Assembly: GCA_021736135.1 (NCBI GenBank)
Contig: JAIPGO010000094.1
Span: forward strand, 1 to 17,303
DNA: 17,303 nucleotides
Direction of reading: 5' to 3'
From: Candidatus Cloacimonadota bacterium
Lineage (GTDB): Bacteria > Cloacimonadota > Cloacimonadia > Cloacimonadales > TCS61
Shown: positions 7,408 to 15,465 of the stretch, one piece after another
Position numbering within the stretch: the stretch's first letter is position 1
How the letters are laid out: every line of letters starts with the position of its first letter
Notes under the pieces: generated by a model
Seen by the model: the letters and a program-made list of their open reading frames with translations, nothing else
Told to the model about the DNA's origin: nothing
Databases searched by the model: none
Program-made: the position numbers and the translations under genes

Positions 7408-7974
7408 ATGCTGACATTATTCTGGATATTTGCGCTTTCAGGATCGCTTTTTTTAGTGATCCAGATGTTATTGCTGCTTCTTGGTATGGGAGATAATGCA
7501 GACGGAGATATTGATGTTGATGCTGATATTGATGCTGATGCAGATCTTGATTTAGATGCAGCCGGGGGATTTGATTTTCCTTTTTTTACTCTGAAATCCT
7601 TTACTGGTTTTGTAGGAGGATTTGGCTGGGGCGGATTAATTATCTTCAAGTATTATCATTCCCCCATAATGGCTATCGGAGGCGGACTGATAGCCGGAAT
7701 CATTCTAGCGCTGTGTGTTTCCACTATGATCTACCTGATGACAAAACTGAAGCATTCCGGCAACCTGAACATTCAGAACGCGATTGGAAAAACAGGAACT
7801 GTATATCTGGTAATACCTGCTAATCTGTCAGGAACCGGAATTGTCCAGGTAGTAGTTCAGGATTCACTGCGCGAGATGAAAGCAATGACTAAAGGGGATA
7901 AAATTCTCACAGGAAAAAGAATCAAAATCATCGATGTAGATGGTGATATCGTTATAGTTGAAGAAGTTAAATAA
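7408..7974 (+). CDS. NfeD-family short membrane protein (YqiJ/YuaF-like; 188 aa). Three transmembrane helices plus a C-terminal OB-fold beta-barrel, with an acidic (D-X)9 repeat in the first loop.
   Basis: Hydrophobic helices (LFWIFALSGSLFLVIQMLLLLLGMG; FTGFVGGFGWGGLIIF; IMAIGGGLIAGIILALCVSTMIYLM). C-terminal GKTGTVYLVIPANLSGTGIVQVVVQDS...GDKILTGKRIKIIDVDGDIVIVEEV is typical of the NfeD OB domain. Sits immediately upstream of a flotillin gene, the canonical pairing (yuaF-floT, yqiJ-yqiK). Confidence 0.8.
   Translation: MLTLFWIFALSGSLFLVIQMLLLLLGMGDNADGDIDVDADIDADADLDLDAAGGFDFPFFTLKSFTGFVGGFGWGGLIIFKYYHSPIMAIGGGLIAGIILALCVSTMIYLMTKLKHSGNLNIQNAIGKTGTVYLVIPANLSGTGIVQVVVQDSLREMKAMTKGDKILTGKRIKIIDVDGDIVIVEEVK
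7507..7560 (+). repeat. Nine tandem hexamers (GAT-NNT)9 encoding DIDVDADIDADADLDLDA within the NfeD gene.
   Basis: gatatt gatgtt gatgct gatatt gatgct gatgca gatctt gattta gatgca, read directly. In frame with the CDS. Confidence 0.85.
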
Positions 7975-7991
7975 TATTTTTGGAGGTTCGG

Positions 7992-9473
7992 ATGAGTGGT
8001 GATCTTTCATCAGTAATAGTTGGGGGAATAGTATTTGCTGTTTTTCTGATAGTATCCACATTTATATTAATTATAACCCGTTACAAGAAGTGTCCTTCCG
8101 ATAAGATTTTAGTGATTTATGGAAAGGTGAAGAAGGAAACTTCAGCTAAATGTATCCATGGTGGAGCTGCTTTCGTAGTTCCCCTGATACAAAGTCATCA
8201 GTATCTTGATCTAACCCCTATGTCGATAGAAGTAAACCTGACCAATGCGTTAAGTAAACAAAATATTCGTGTGGACGTGCCCTCCCGTTTTACGGTGGGA
8301 ATTTCTACTGATCACGGCATTATGGAGAAAGCAGCGGAACGTCTTTTAGGGCTAAAGCATCACGATATCATAGAGCTGAGTAAAGATATTCTTTTTGGAC
8401 AGTTACGTCTTGTGATCGCGACCATGGATATTGAGGAGATCAATACCGACAGGGACAAATTTCTGGATAATGTGAGCAAAAACGTAGAAGCAGAATTAAA
8501 TAAAATAGGCCTTAAGCTTATCAACGTGAATGTTACAGACATCAGGGATGAATCAAAATACATTGAAGCTTTGGGTAAAGAAGCAGCTGCCAAGGCTATT
8601 AATGATGCCAAAGTTTCAGTTGCAGAGCGTGACAGAGACGGTTCAATCGGTGAAGCTGAGGCAAACCAGGATAAGAAGATCCAGGTTGCAGAAGCTGAGA
8701 CACTTGCCGATACCGGTGTAGCTGAGGCTGAAAGTAGAAAAAGAATTTCAGTTGCTGCTGCCAATGCTGAGGCTGTAAATGGAGAGAATCTTTCGAAAAT
8801 CAAAATCGCAGAATCTGAATCAGAAAGAAATACCAAACAGGCTCAAGCAGAAAATCGGGCCTTAGCTGCCCAGAGAATTGCCGTTGCCGAAGCAGAGAAA
8901 AAAGGTTATGATGCCAGGAAAATTGCAGAAGAAGCGCGTGCCTCGATGGAGAAAATGACTCAGAAAGCTGATATCATCGTGGCAGCAGAAATTGAAAAAG
9001 AAAAAATCGTGATCGCTGCCGAAGCAGAAGCAGAAAGGATAAGACGGATCGCACAAGGCAATGCAGATGCAAAGCTGAAACAAATGCAGGCGGAAGCGTT
9101 GGGATTATTCCAGATCTTAGAGAAAAAAGCTGATGGCTTCAGGCAACTGGTAAATGCAGCCGGAAACAGCTCCGATATGGCAATCAAACTGCTGTTGGCG
9201 GAACAAATGACCGATCTGCTGGGAATTCAGGCTCAGGCAGTGAAAGACCTGAATATTGATCAGGTGACTGTGTGGAGCAATGGCAATGAAAAAGGCGATT
9301 CCTCTGTTTCCGGTCATGTGCACGATTTATTCAGCGTACTTCCACCTCTTCAGGATATTCTCACCATGAAAGGAATGGGATTGCCGGAATTTCTTGCTAA
9401 AACAGTGAAAAAAGAGCAGGAAGATTTAGAAGTGGAAAAACCAAAGCCCACTGGAAATCAGGACAAAAAGTAA
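7992..9473 (+). CDS. floT: Flotillin-like SPFH/band-7 domain protein (FloT/YqiK family; 493 aa from ATG 7992).
   Basis: GGAGG RBS 5 nt before ATG 7992; the track's TTG 7980 start is less likely. N-terminal membrane hairpin (VIVGGIVFAVFLIVSTFILIIT). SPFH core (PSRFTVGISTD..., LRLVIATMDIEEIN). Long Ala/Glu-rich coiled-coil 'EA-repeat' region (EAEANQDKKIQVAEAETLADTGVAEAESRK...AEAEAERIRRIAQGNADAKLKQMQAEA). Follows an NfeD gene. Confidence 0.85.
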   Translation: MSGDLSSVIVGGIVFAVFLIVSTFILIITRYKKCPSDKILVIYGKVKKETSAKCIHGGAAFVVPLIQSHQYLDLTPMSIEVNLTNALSKQNIRVDVPSRFTVGISTDHGIMEKAAERLLGLKHHDIIELSKDILFGQLRLVIATMDIEEINTDRDKFLDNVSKNVEAELNKIGLKLINVNVTDIRDESKYIEALGKEAAAKAINDAKVSVAERDRDGSIGEAEANQDKKIQVAEAETLADTGVAEAESRKRISVAAANAEAVNGENLSKIKIAESESERNTKQAQAENRALAAQRIAVAEAEKKGYDARKIAEEARASMEKMTQKADIIVAAEIEKEKIVIAAEAEAERIRRIAQGNADAKLKQMQAEALGLFQILEKKADGFRQLVNAAGNSSDMAIKLLLAEQMTDLLGIQAQAVKDLNIDQVTVWSNGNEKGDSSVSGHVHDLFSVLPPLQDILTMKGMGLPEFLAKTVKKEQEDLEVEKPKPTGNQDKK

Positions 9474-9673
9474 CTGAGATTTTGTAAGATAAATTTGTGA
9501 TGGGACTAACACGGGGGATACGGATAAAACTGAAGGCAATTTTGTGGTAGTGTTCACGTCGTACTTTCGAAATTTGCTGGCGGGGCACGTTCACTGAGTA
9601 GTAATGTCAATTGATTCTTTGGCTTGACAGAATGAAGGTGATTTCTTGTTTTTTACTGATGGAAGCTCAAGTA

Positions 9674-10894
9674 ATGTCAAAAGTGGAAGAAACCGTATTT
9701 TTAATGGAAAACCCGGTGCAAAAGTATAACTGGGGAACAAAGGATTATATACCTCAATTGACTGGGCTTGATAATTCTGTTAGTGAGCCTTTTGCTGAGT
9801 TATGGATGGGTGCACATGGCAGTTCATCTTCATTTTTGCAGACTTCCTCGGGGAAAATTTCTTTGATGGACTATATTTCGGCAAATCCTGAACAGGTACT
9901 GGGTAAAGCAATTGCGGATAAATTTCAGGAATTGCCCTTTCTGTTTAAAATTCTATCAGCAGCGCAGCCCCTTTCCATTCAGGTACATCCATCCCGTGCC
10001 CAGGCTAAGGCTGGTTTCAATTTCGAGGAAACGCAAAGACTACCTTTGGACGTTAGCATCCGCAATTACAAAGATAGTAATCATAAACCGGAAATGCTGC
10101 TGGCGCTGACCCCTTTTACGGCATTAACCGGTATACGTCCTTTTTATGAGATTGGAGAAATTATCTGTTTCCTGAGGCTTGATCAGAAAATAGAAGAATT
10201 CGGAAGTTTAACTGCAGAATTATCCACGGAAAATCTGCGTGATTTTTTTAACTGGCTCCTGCACCTTAAAAGGAGGCAGAAAGAGAAAGTGCGTAATAAT
10301 ATAGTGCGCGCCGCCACCTTACGAAGAGGATGTGAGCATCCGGCAGCACAGGCAATTGAATGGATATGCCGTCTGGATAGTTTTTTTCCCGATGATATAG
10401 GCATATTTGCCCCCATAATGATGAATACATTGCAATTGCGCCCCGGGGAAGCCTTTTTTATGGAAGCAGGCATAATGCATGCCTATCTGGAGGGCAGTGG
10501 TCTGGAAATAATGGCTAATTCGGATAACGTATTACGTTGTGCACTCACTCCCAAACATATTGATATTCCTGAGTTATTAAAAATAGCGCATTTTAAACCT
10601 GCGGAACCGCATAGGATAAAACCATATTTACAGGGTATGGAAGAAGTATATCCTTCCCCCGCTCTTGAATTTCAGCTTTCGCGTTTCAGGCTTAGCAGCT
10701 CCTTCCGAATTGATAAACTCCTTTCCGCTGAGATATTATTGAATGTTGATGGTGAAACAGAGGTGATACCTGAATTTGGAAAGCCGGTAATATTAAAAAA
10801 AGGGCAATCTGCTTTTATCTCACAGAATGCCCAATCTTATAGAATAGCCGGCTCCGCGATTCTATTCCGTGCCGGGATTAATCCGGAAGAATGA
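9674..10894 (+). CDS. manA: Mannose-6-phosphate isomerase, class I (phosphomannose isomerase).
   Basis: PMI type I signatures: VQKYNWGTK, ELWMGAHGSSSS, LPFLFKILSAAQPLSIQVHPS, CALTPKHIDIPELL. The start is ambiguous: ATG 9674 (MSKVEE...) or ATG 9704 (MENPVQKYNWG, matching the E. coli ManA N-terminus). The track's 9611 start adds an implausible leader. Confidence 0.85.
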   Translation: MSKVEETVFLMENPVQKYNWGTKDYIPQLTGLDNSVSEPFAELWMGAHGSSSSFLQTSSGKISLMDYISANPEQVLGKAIADKFQELPFLFKILSAAQPLSIQVHPSRAQAKAGFNFEETQRLPLDVSIRNYKDSNHKPEMLLALTPFTALTGIRPFYEIGEIICFLRLDQKIEEFGSLTAELSTENLRDFFNWLLHLKRRQKEKVRNNIVRAATLRRGCEHPAAQAIEWICRLDSFFPDDIGIFAPIMMNTLQLRPGEAFFMEAGIMHAYLEGSGLEIMANSDNVLRCALTPKHIDIPELLKIAHFKPAEPHRIKPYLQGMEEVYPSPALEFQLSRFRLSSSFRIDKLLSAEILLNVDGETEVIPEFGKPVILKKGQSAFISQNAQSYRIAGSAILFRAGINPEE

Positions 10895-10916
10895 AATCCT
10901 TTAAATCAGTGATGAA

Positions 10917-11453
10917 TTATTCTCTCACTTTCTCAACTCTCCAGAGTTGACCTTTGTACCCGGTAAAATTTCTTAAAGCTAACTTCTGACCATTGATGGT
11001 TTTACCATCAAGCCCGGCGAGAACGTGAGAGTTACTGTAACTTACAATATAGTAATAGTTATCTTCTGCACTGGGGATCAGGCGCCATTTCTGAGAAGCA
11101 TCACCGCTCCTGGGCTGGAAACTAACAACAGAATTAGTTTCTCTGGAGGGATTACATTGAAGCACACCCTTCATTTGAGTATTAACGATGTAATACCAGT
11201 TATCTTCAGCGTTTTCGAAATAAAATGTGTCCGCACTTTCAGCGATTTCTTTGTGAAGACGGGCATCAGTTCTGGCGTGTTCATCATTTTCTGCATCCAG
11301 AAAGAAATAATAATAATTCACAATATTATATTCCATATCTGTCCTCAGTTCATAATCTGAACCCCAGATATAATTAAAATCATCAGCAGGAGTCTCTGCC
11401 CAGACGGCAAGCAGACTCCCCAACACGAATAACAATACAATTAATTTCTTCAT
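10917..11453 (-). CDS. Small secreted ricin-B-type (beta-trefoil, QxW) lectin-domain protein (178 aa from ATG 11453).
   Basis: AGGAG RBS 5 nt before ATG 11453. Signal peptide MKKLIVLLFVLGSLLAVWA. Aromatic-rich repeats with QxW motifs (DASQKWRLIP..., YKGQLWRVEKV) and YYYIV/WYYIV strands typical of ricin-B lectin folds. Confidence 0.65.
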   Translation of the reverse strand: MKKLIVLLFVLGSLLAVWAETPADDFNYIWGSDYELRTDMEYNIVNYYYFFLDAENDEHARTDARLHKEIAESADTFYFENAEDNWYYIVNTQMKGVLQCNPSRETNSVVSFQPRSGDASQKWRLIPSAEDNYYYIVSYSNSHVLAGLDGKTINGQKLALRNFTGYKGQLWRVEKVRE

Positions 11454-11645
11454 ATCTACTCCTAATTGGTTTAGGTTCAAAAACCGGGTATATCTGTCAA
11501 CTCGAATATCCTGGCAAAAAATTTTAATTTAACGGGCTCCAGTAATATGCTCTATCTTCAGTTGCCTGGAAGCAGAGAATTATATTGACTTAATAGTTAA
11601 AGACGGAAGAAATGTTTTGATTAAAAAAATTATCATGGAGGATAA

Positions 11646-12176
11646 ATGAGAAAAATAATAATTACTGTATTAGCGGTCTTTTGCTTCATTAGCCTGGCAA
11701 TGGGAGAAACTTTGAAACTGGCTTACATCGATACAGACCGTGTAATGAAAGAATGTCAGGATACTCAGGAAGCACAGCAGCTTTTTCAGAGTGAGCAGTT
11801 GAGCTGGAATGAGGAGATCCAGGGATTTGATACTGAAATTCAAAGATTGAATGATGAGTATGAGCAGAAGAAACTTATCCTGACGGAATCCGGTAAGACA
11901 GAAGCTAAGAACAAAATCAAGGACTTGATGGCACGGCGAGACCAGCGGGTGAATGAAGTTTTTGGTGATGGTGGTCTGGCAATGCAGAAAAATGCCGAAC
12001 TTCTGGAACCAATCTTAAATGACCTGCGTGAAGTTATTGAAAAAATTTCTACTGATGAGAATATCGACGTAGTGTTTGATGCATCAACCGGTGGCATACT
12101 CTACGCAGTACCACGTCTTGATATTACCGATCAGGTAATTGAAGAAATGAACAAAGTTACGGACACAGATAATTAG
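11646..12176 (+). CDS. skp: Periplasmic chaperone Skp (OmpH family).
   Basis: GGAGG RBS. Signal peptide MRKIIITVLAVFCFISLAMG. KLAYIDTDRVMKECQ start, charged coiled-coil body, ~170 aa, immediately upstream of lpxD. This is the conserved skp-lpxD-fabZ-lpxA arrangement. Confidence 0.8.
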   Translation: MRKIIITVLAVFCFISLAMGETLKLAYIDTDRVMKECQDTQEAQQLFQSEQLSWNEEIQGFDTEIQRLNDEYEQKKLILTESGKTEAKNKIKDLMARRDQRVNEVFGDGGLAMQKNAELLEPILNDLREVIEKISTDENIDVVFDASTGGILYAVPRLDITDQVIEEMNKVTDTDN

Positions 12177-12177
12177 G

Positions 12178-13215
12178 ATGAAAATTTTTAAGCAGATACT
12201 CAAGCCGGAACTCATCGCAGCGCAAATACCCGGCAGACTGGTTATCCGAGCGGAAGTTTTTCTGGATAACGTGGCAGAGCTTGAGGAAGCGAACAACCAT
12301 TCAGTATGTTTCTATCAGGACAAGAAGTATTTTAAAAAGCTGCTGAGCAGTAAAGCTGGATTGGTTTTCGTACCAGCAGATTTTGATGAGAATATACTGC
12401 CGGAAGGCAACCTTTTTAAAGTTGAAATACCCTATATTTATTTCATGCTGCTGGTTCAGAAATGGCTGGAATTAGACCAACCTCAAACCGCAAAGAAGAT
12501 TGCTCCCAATGCCATGATTGCCGGGGATGCTGAAATTGCCGAAGATGTAGAGCTCGGGTCCGGTGTGTATATCGGCAGTAAAGTGAAAATCGGAAAAGGC
12601 AGCGTACTGGAAGCAAATTGTGTTGTCCGGGAAAATACCGTAATCGGTGAGAACTGTCATTTTTTCCCGAACGTAACGGTTTATCATGACTGTGTTATTG
12701 GAAATGATGTCATCCTCCATAGCGGAGTGAGAATTGGAGCTGATGGTTTTGGCTATCTGCTGCACGATAATAAGCAGTTCAAATTACCCCAGGTAGGTAA
12801 TGTGATAATCAAGGATGAAGTAGAGATCGGAGCGAACAGTTGCGTTGACCGGGCAACTCTGGGTTCAACAATCATTGGAAAAGGCACGAAGCTGGATAAC
12901 CTGGTACAGGTCGGCCATAATTGCGTGATTGGAGAAAACAGTATACTTTGTGCCCAGGTAGGACTGGCAGGCAATACTTATATCGGTGACAGAGTATATC
13001 TGGCGGGACAGGTGGGAACGGCAGATCATGTAACAATTGGTGACGATGTGATGGTCGGTGCACAATCAGGGGTAGCTGGCAATGTGGCGGCTGATACGAA
13101 AGTATTTGGTTATCCTGCTCGAGAGGCGGGATTAACCAGAAGAATTATGGCTTCCGAAAAATATCTACCGGAACTGGTGCGGTATTATCGCAAGGAGATA
13201 AAGGAAAAGAATTGA
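12178..13215 (+). CDS. lpxD: UDP-3-O-(3-hydroxyacyl)glucosamine N-acyltransferase LpxD.
   Basis: Left-handed beta-helix hexapeptide repeats (GSGVYIGSKVKIGKGSVLEANCVV..., IGANSCVDRATLGSTIIGKGTKLDNLVQVGHNCVIGENS...) with the LpxD N-terminal domain. Start ATG 12178 is 1 nt after the skp stop, suggesting translational coupling. Confidence 0.9.
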   Translation: MKIFKQILKPELIAAQIPGRLVIRAEVFLDNVAELEEANNHSVCFYQDKKYFKKLLSSKAGLVFVPADFDENILPEGNLFKVEIPYIYFMLLVQKWLELDQPQTAKKIAPNAMIAGDAEIAEDVELGSGVYIGSKVKIGKGSVLEANCVVRENTVIGENCHFFPNVTVYHDCVIGNDVILHSGVRIGADGFGYLLHDNKQFKLPQVGNVIIKDEVEIGANSCVDRATLGSTIIGKGTKLDNLVQVGHNCVIGENSILCAQVGLAGNTYIGDRVYLAGQVGTADHVTIGDDVMVGAQSGVAGNVAADTKVFGYPAREAGLTRRIMASEKYLPELVRYYRKEIKEKN

Positions 13216-13216
13216 T

Positions 13217-14614
13217 ATGAGAGAATTTAAAAAAACAATCCAGAAAGAAGTAAAATATCGAGGAATTGGTCTCCATTCAGGTGAAGTTTCCACAATAACA
13301 TTTAAACCGGCAACTGAAAATGAAGGAATTGTGTTCGTTCGCACAGATATTGAAGGAAACCCGCGGATACCCGCCGATATAGAACACGTAACTGATATTT
13401 CCAGAGGAACTACGATTGGTATAGGCAACGCCACTGTGGCAACAATCGAACATGTGCTTGCCGCTATCAAGGGATTGAACATTGATAATATCATAATTGA
13501 AGTAACGGGTCCTGAAGCACCGGTCGCTGACGGGAGTGCAATATTATATGTTGAGCTCTTAAAGAAGGCAGGCATAAAAGAACAATCTTCAGAACGCGAA
13601 TATTTTGTTATTGATGAAGCTATCTCTTTCTCGGCACCGGCAGATAATGTTGATATTGTGATCGTGCCTGCAGATGAACTGAAAATAACTTTTATGGTTG
13701 ATTACCCCTATAAAGCTGTGGGTACTCAATACACCTGGATGCCATCGTTATCTGTATTTGAAGAGGATTTCGCTTCTGCCAGGACGTTCTGTTTTCTGGA
13801 TGAAATTCTCTACCTGAAAGGAAAAGGCTTGATCAAGGGCGGTTCTCTGGAAAATGCTATGGTCGTGGCTGATCCTGATACACCCCTGGAAAGTATTGCC
13901 AGACTCAAGGAAATATTCAATATGGAGGAAGAGATCAAGATCAATTCCAGCGGCTTGATCAATAACACTCCACTGCGCTATTATAATGAGTTTGTACGCC
14001 ATAAAGTGCTTGATCTTATCGGTGATATCGCCCTGTTGGGAGTACCTATAAAAGGCCATATTCTGGCTGCACGTTCCGGGCATAAAACCAACGTGGAACT
14101 GGTGAAAAAACTGAAGAAAATCTTTACAAAGCAGCAGATGCAGATACAATATCAGAAGAAACGTAATCAGGACATTGTTTTTGATATTAATGCCATCATG
14201 CGCATTCTTCCACATCGCTATCCCTTCCTGCTGGTGGATAAGATCATCGAATTTGTACCGGGAGAAAATATTGTGGGCATTAAGAATGTGACGATGAATG
14301 AACAGTTCTTTCAGGGTCATTTTCCGGGACATCCTGTAATGCCGGGAGTATTGATCGTGGAAGCAATGGCTCAAACCGGTGGAATAATGCTGCTTAACTC
14401 CATCGAAAAGCCGGACGAACATCTTGCTTACTTCGCTACTATAGATAATGTCAAGTTTCGCAAACCGGTACTTCCGGGGGACGTATTGCGCTTTGAATTG
14501 AAAGTTATATCTATGAAACGTGGTATTGCCAAAATGCACGGAGATACTTACGTCTTTGACACTAAGGTCTGTGAAGGTGATTTTCTGGCAAAATTAATGC
14601 CAAGAAAAGATTAA
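13217..14614 (+). CDS. lpxC-fabZ: Bifunctional UDP-3-O-acyl-GlcNAc deacetylase / 3-hydroxyacyl-ACP dehydratase (LpxC-FabZ fusion).
   Basis: N-terminal LpxC motifs (KYRGIGLHSGEVSTITFKPA, HVTDISRGTTIG, EHVLAAIKGLNIDN, GDIALLG...HKTN). C-terminal FabZ hot-dog motifs (ILPHRYPFLLVDKIIEF, GHFPGHPVMPGVLIVEAMAQTGG). A 465-aa single ORF. Confidence 0.9.
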   Translation: MREFKKTIQKEVKYRGIGLHSGEVSTITFKPATENEGIVFVRTDIEGNPRIPADIEHVTDISRGTTIGIGNATVATIEHVLAAIKGLNIDNIIIEVTGPEAPVADGSAILYVELLKKAGIKEQSSEREYFVIDEAISFSAPADNVDIVIVPADELKITFMVDYPYKAVGTQYTWMPSLSVFEEDFASARTFCFLDEILYLKGKGLIKGGSLENAMVVADPDTPLESIARLKEIFNMEEEIKINSSGLINNTPLRYYNEFVRHKVLDLIGDIALLGVPIKGHILAARSGHKTNVELVKKLKKIFTKQQMQIQYQKKRNQDIVFDINAIMRILPHRYPFLLVDKIIEFVPGENIVGIKNVTMNEQFFQGHFPGHPVMPGVLIVEAMAQTGGIMLLNSIEKPDEHLAYFATIDNVKFRKPVLPGDVLRFELKVISMKRGIAKMHGDTYVFDTKVCEGDFLAKLMPRKD

Positions 14615-14627
14615 CAGGAAGTGAGTA

Positions 14628-15404
14628 ATGGCTAATTTTATTCATCCTACTGCTATAATTGATGAATCTGTGATCCTGGGTGATAATAATAACATCGGCC
14701 CCTGGTGCCTGCTCGGAAAAGATGTGATTCTGGGTAATGATAATGAACTGATTTCCAATGTTCTGATACATAAGCATACCCGAATCGGCAACAGTAATAA
14801 ATTTTTTCATGGAGCTTCTGTGGGTACTGATCCTCAGGATTTAAAATATTCCGGTGAGGTTACCTATCTGAAGATCGGCGATAAAAATACTTTCCGCGAA
14901 TTTGTGACCCTGAACCGTTCAGCCACCACTGACGAAGATACAACAATCGGTAATGGCTGTCTTTTGATGGCGTATGTGCACATTGCTCATAATTGTCATC
15001 TGGGTAATTCGGTGATCCTGGCAAATGCCGTTAATCTGGCCGGGCATATTCACATCGATGACTTTGTTACAGTAGGTGGAATGTCCGCAATACATCAATT
15101 TGTAAAACTGGGAAAATATAGTTTTATCGGTGGTAAATCAGGGATTAAAAAGGATGTTCCTCCTTTCACGCGTGGTGAGGGATTTCCCTATCAGATAAGA
15201 GGTCTGAACAGTGTTGGCTTACAGCGAAAAGGCTTCTCAGAAGAACAGATCAGAGGAATTAAACAGATTTACCGTATTCTTTACCGCAAAGAATTGAACA
15301 CATCACAGGCTATGCAGGAAATCGATAATATGGGGGAACTGACTACCGAGCAGCAGGAATTCGTTGATTTCATCAAGAATGCTGAAAGAGGATTGACCAG
15401 ATAA
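14628..15404 (+). CDS. lpxA: Acyl-ACP-UDP-N-acetylglucosamine O-acyltransferase LpxA.
   Basis: MANFIHPTAIIDESVILGDNNNIGPWCLLGKDV hexapeptide repeats. ~258 aa with the C-terminal alpha-helical LpxA domain. RBS AGGAAG upstream. Confidence 0.9.
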   Translation: MANFIHPTAIIDESVILGDNNNIGPWCLLGKDVILGNDNELISNVLIHKHTRIGNSNKFFHGASVGTDPQDLKYSGEVTYLKIGDKNTFREFVTLNRSATTDEDTTIGNGCLLMAYVHIAHNCHLGNSVILANAVNLAGHIHIDDFVTVGGMSAIHQFVKLGKYSFIGGKSGIKKDVPPFTRGEGFPYQIRGLNSVGLQRKGFSEEQIRGIKQIYRILYRKELNTSQAMQEIDNMGELTTEQQEFVDFIKNAERGLTR

Positions 15405-15420
15405 GATATTAATTGAAATG

Positions 15421-15453
15421 AAAAGCCCCCTGAAACAGGGGGCTTTATTTTTT
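15421..15453. terminator. Bidirectional rho-independent terminator shared by lpxA (+) and secF (-).
   Basis: Perfect hairpin aaagccccctg-aaa-cagggggcttt flanked by a T-run on the plus strand (attttttat) and an A-run (U-run in the minus-strand transcript) on the other side. Confidence 0.8.
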
Positions 15454-15465
15454 ATACCAATTTGC

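Noticed and set aside
7401-7649. 82-aa minus-strand ORF overlapping the NfeD N-terminus
   Set aside because: It is antisense to the GAT-NNT hexamer repeat and yields an ISASASxS low-complexity peptide. There is no RBS, and the NfeD frame is well supported by its TM helices, OB domain and RBS.
8360-8836. 158-aa minus-strand ORF (Ser/Ala/Ile-rich) inside the flotillin gene
   Set aside because: It is the reverse complement of the GAA/GCT-rich codons of the Ala/Glu coiled-coil region. Such repeats keep antisense frames open by chance. The sense strand has the clear SPFH identity.
7408-9473. Considering the NfeD-flotillin pair as a novel defence or stress system
   Set aside because: The gene pair, topology and domain order match the widespread yuaF-floT / yqiJ-yqiK membrane microdomain operon. 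Only the acidic repeat is unusual, and that is reported separately.
13748-14539. 263-aa ORF on the minus strand entirely inside lpxC-fabZ
   Set aside because: The plus-strand frame carries unmistakable LpxC and FabZ motifs. The antisense translation is basic and low-complexity with no RBS and no recognisable motifs. This is an antisense artefact of a long coding region.
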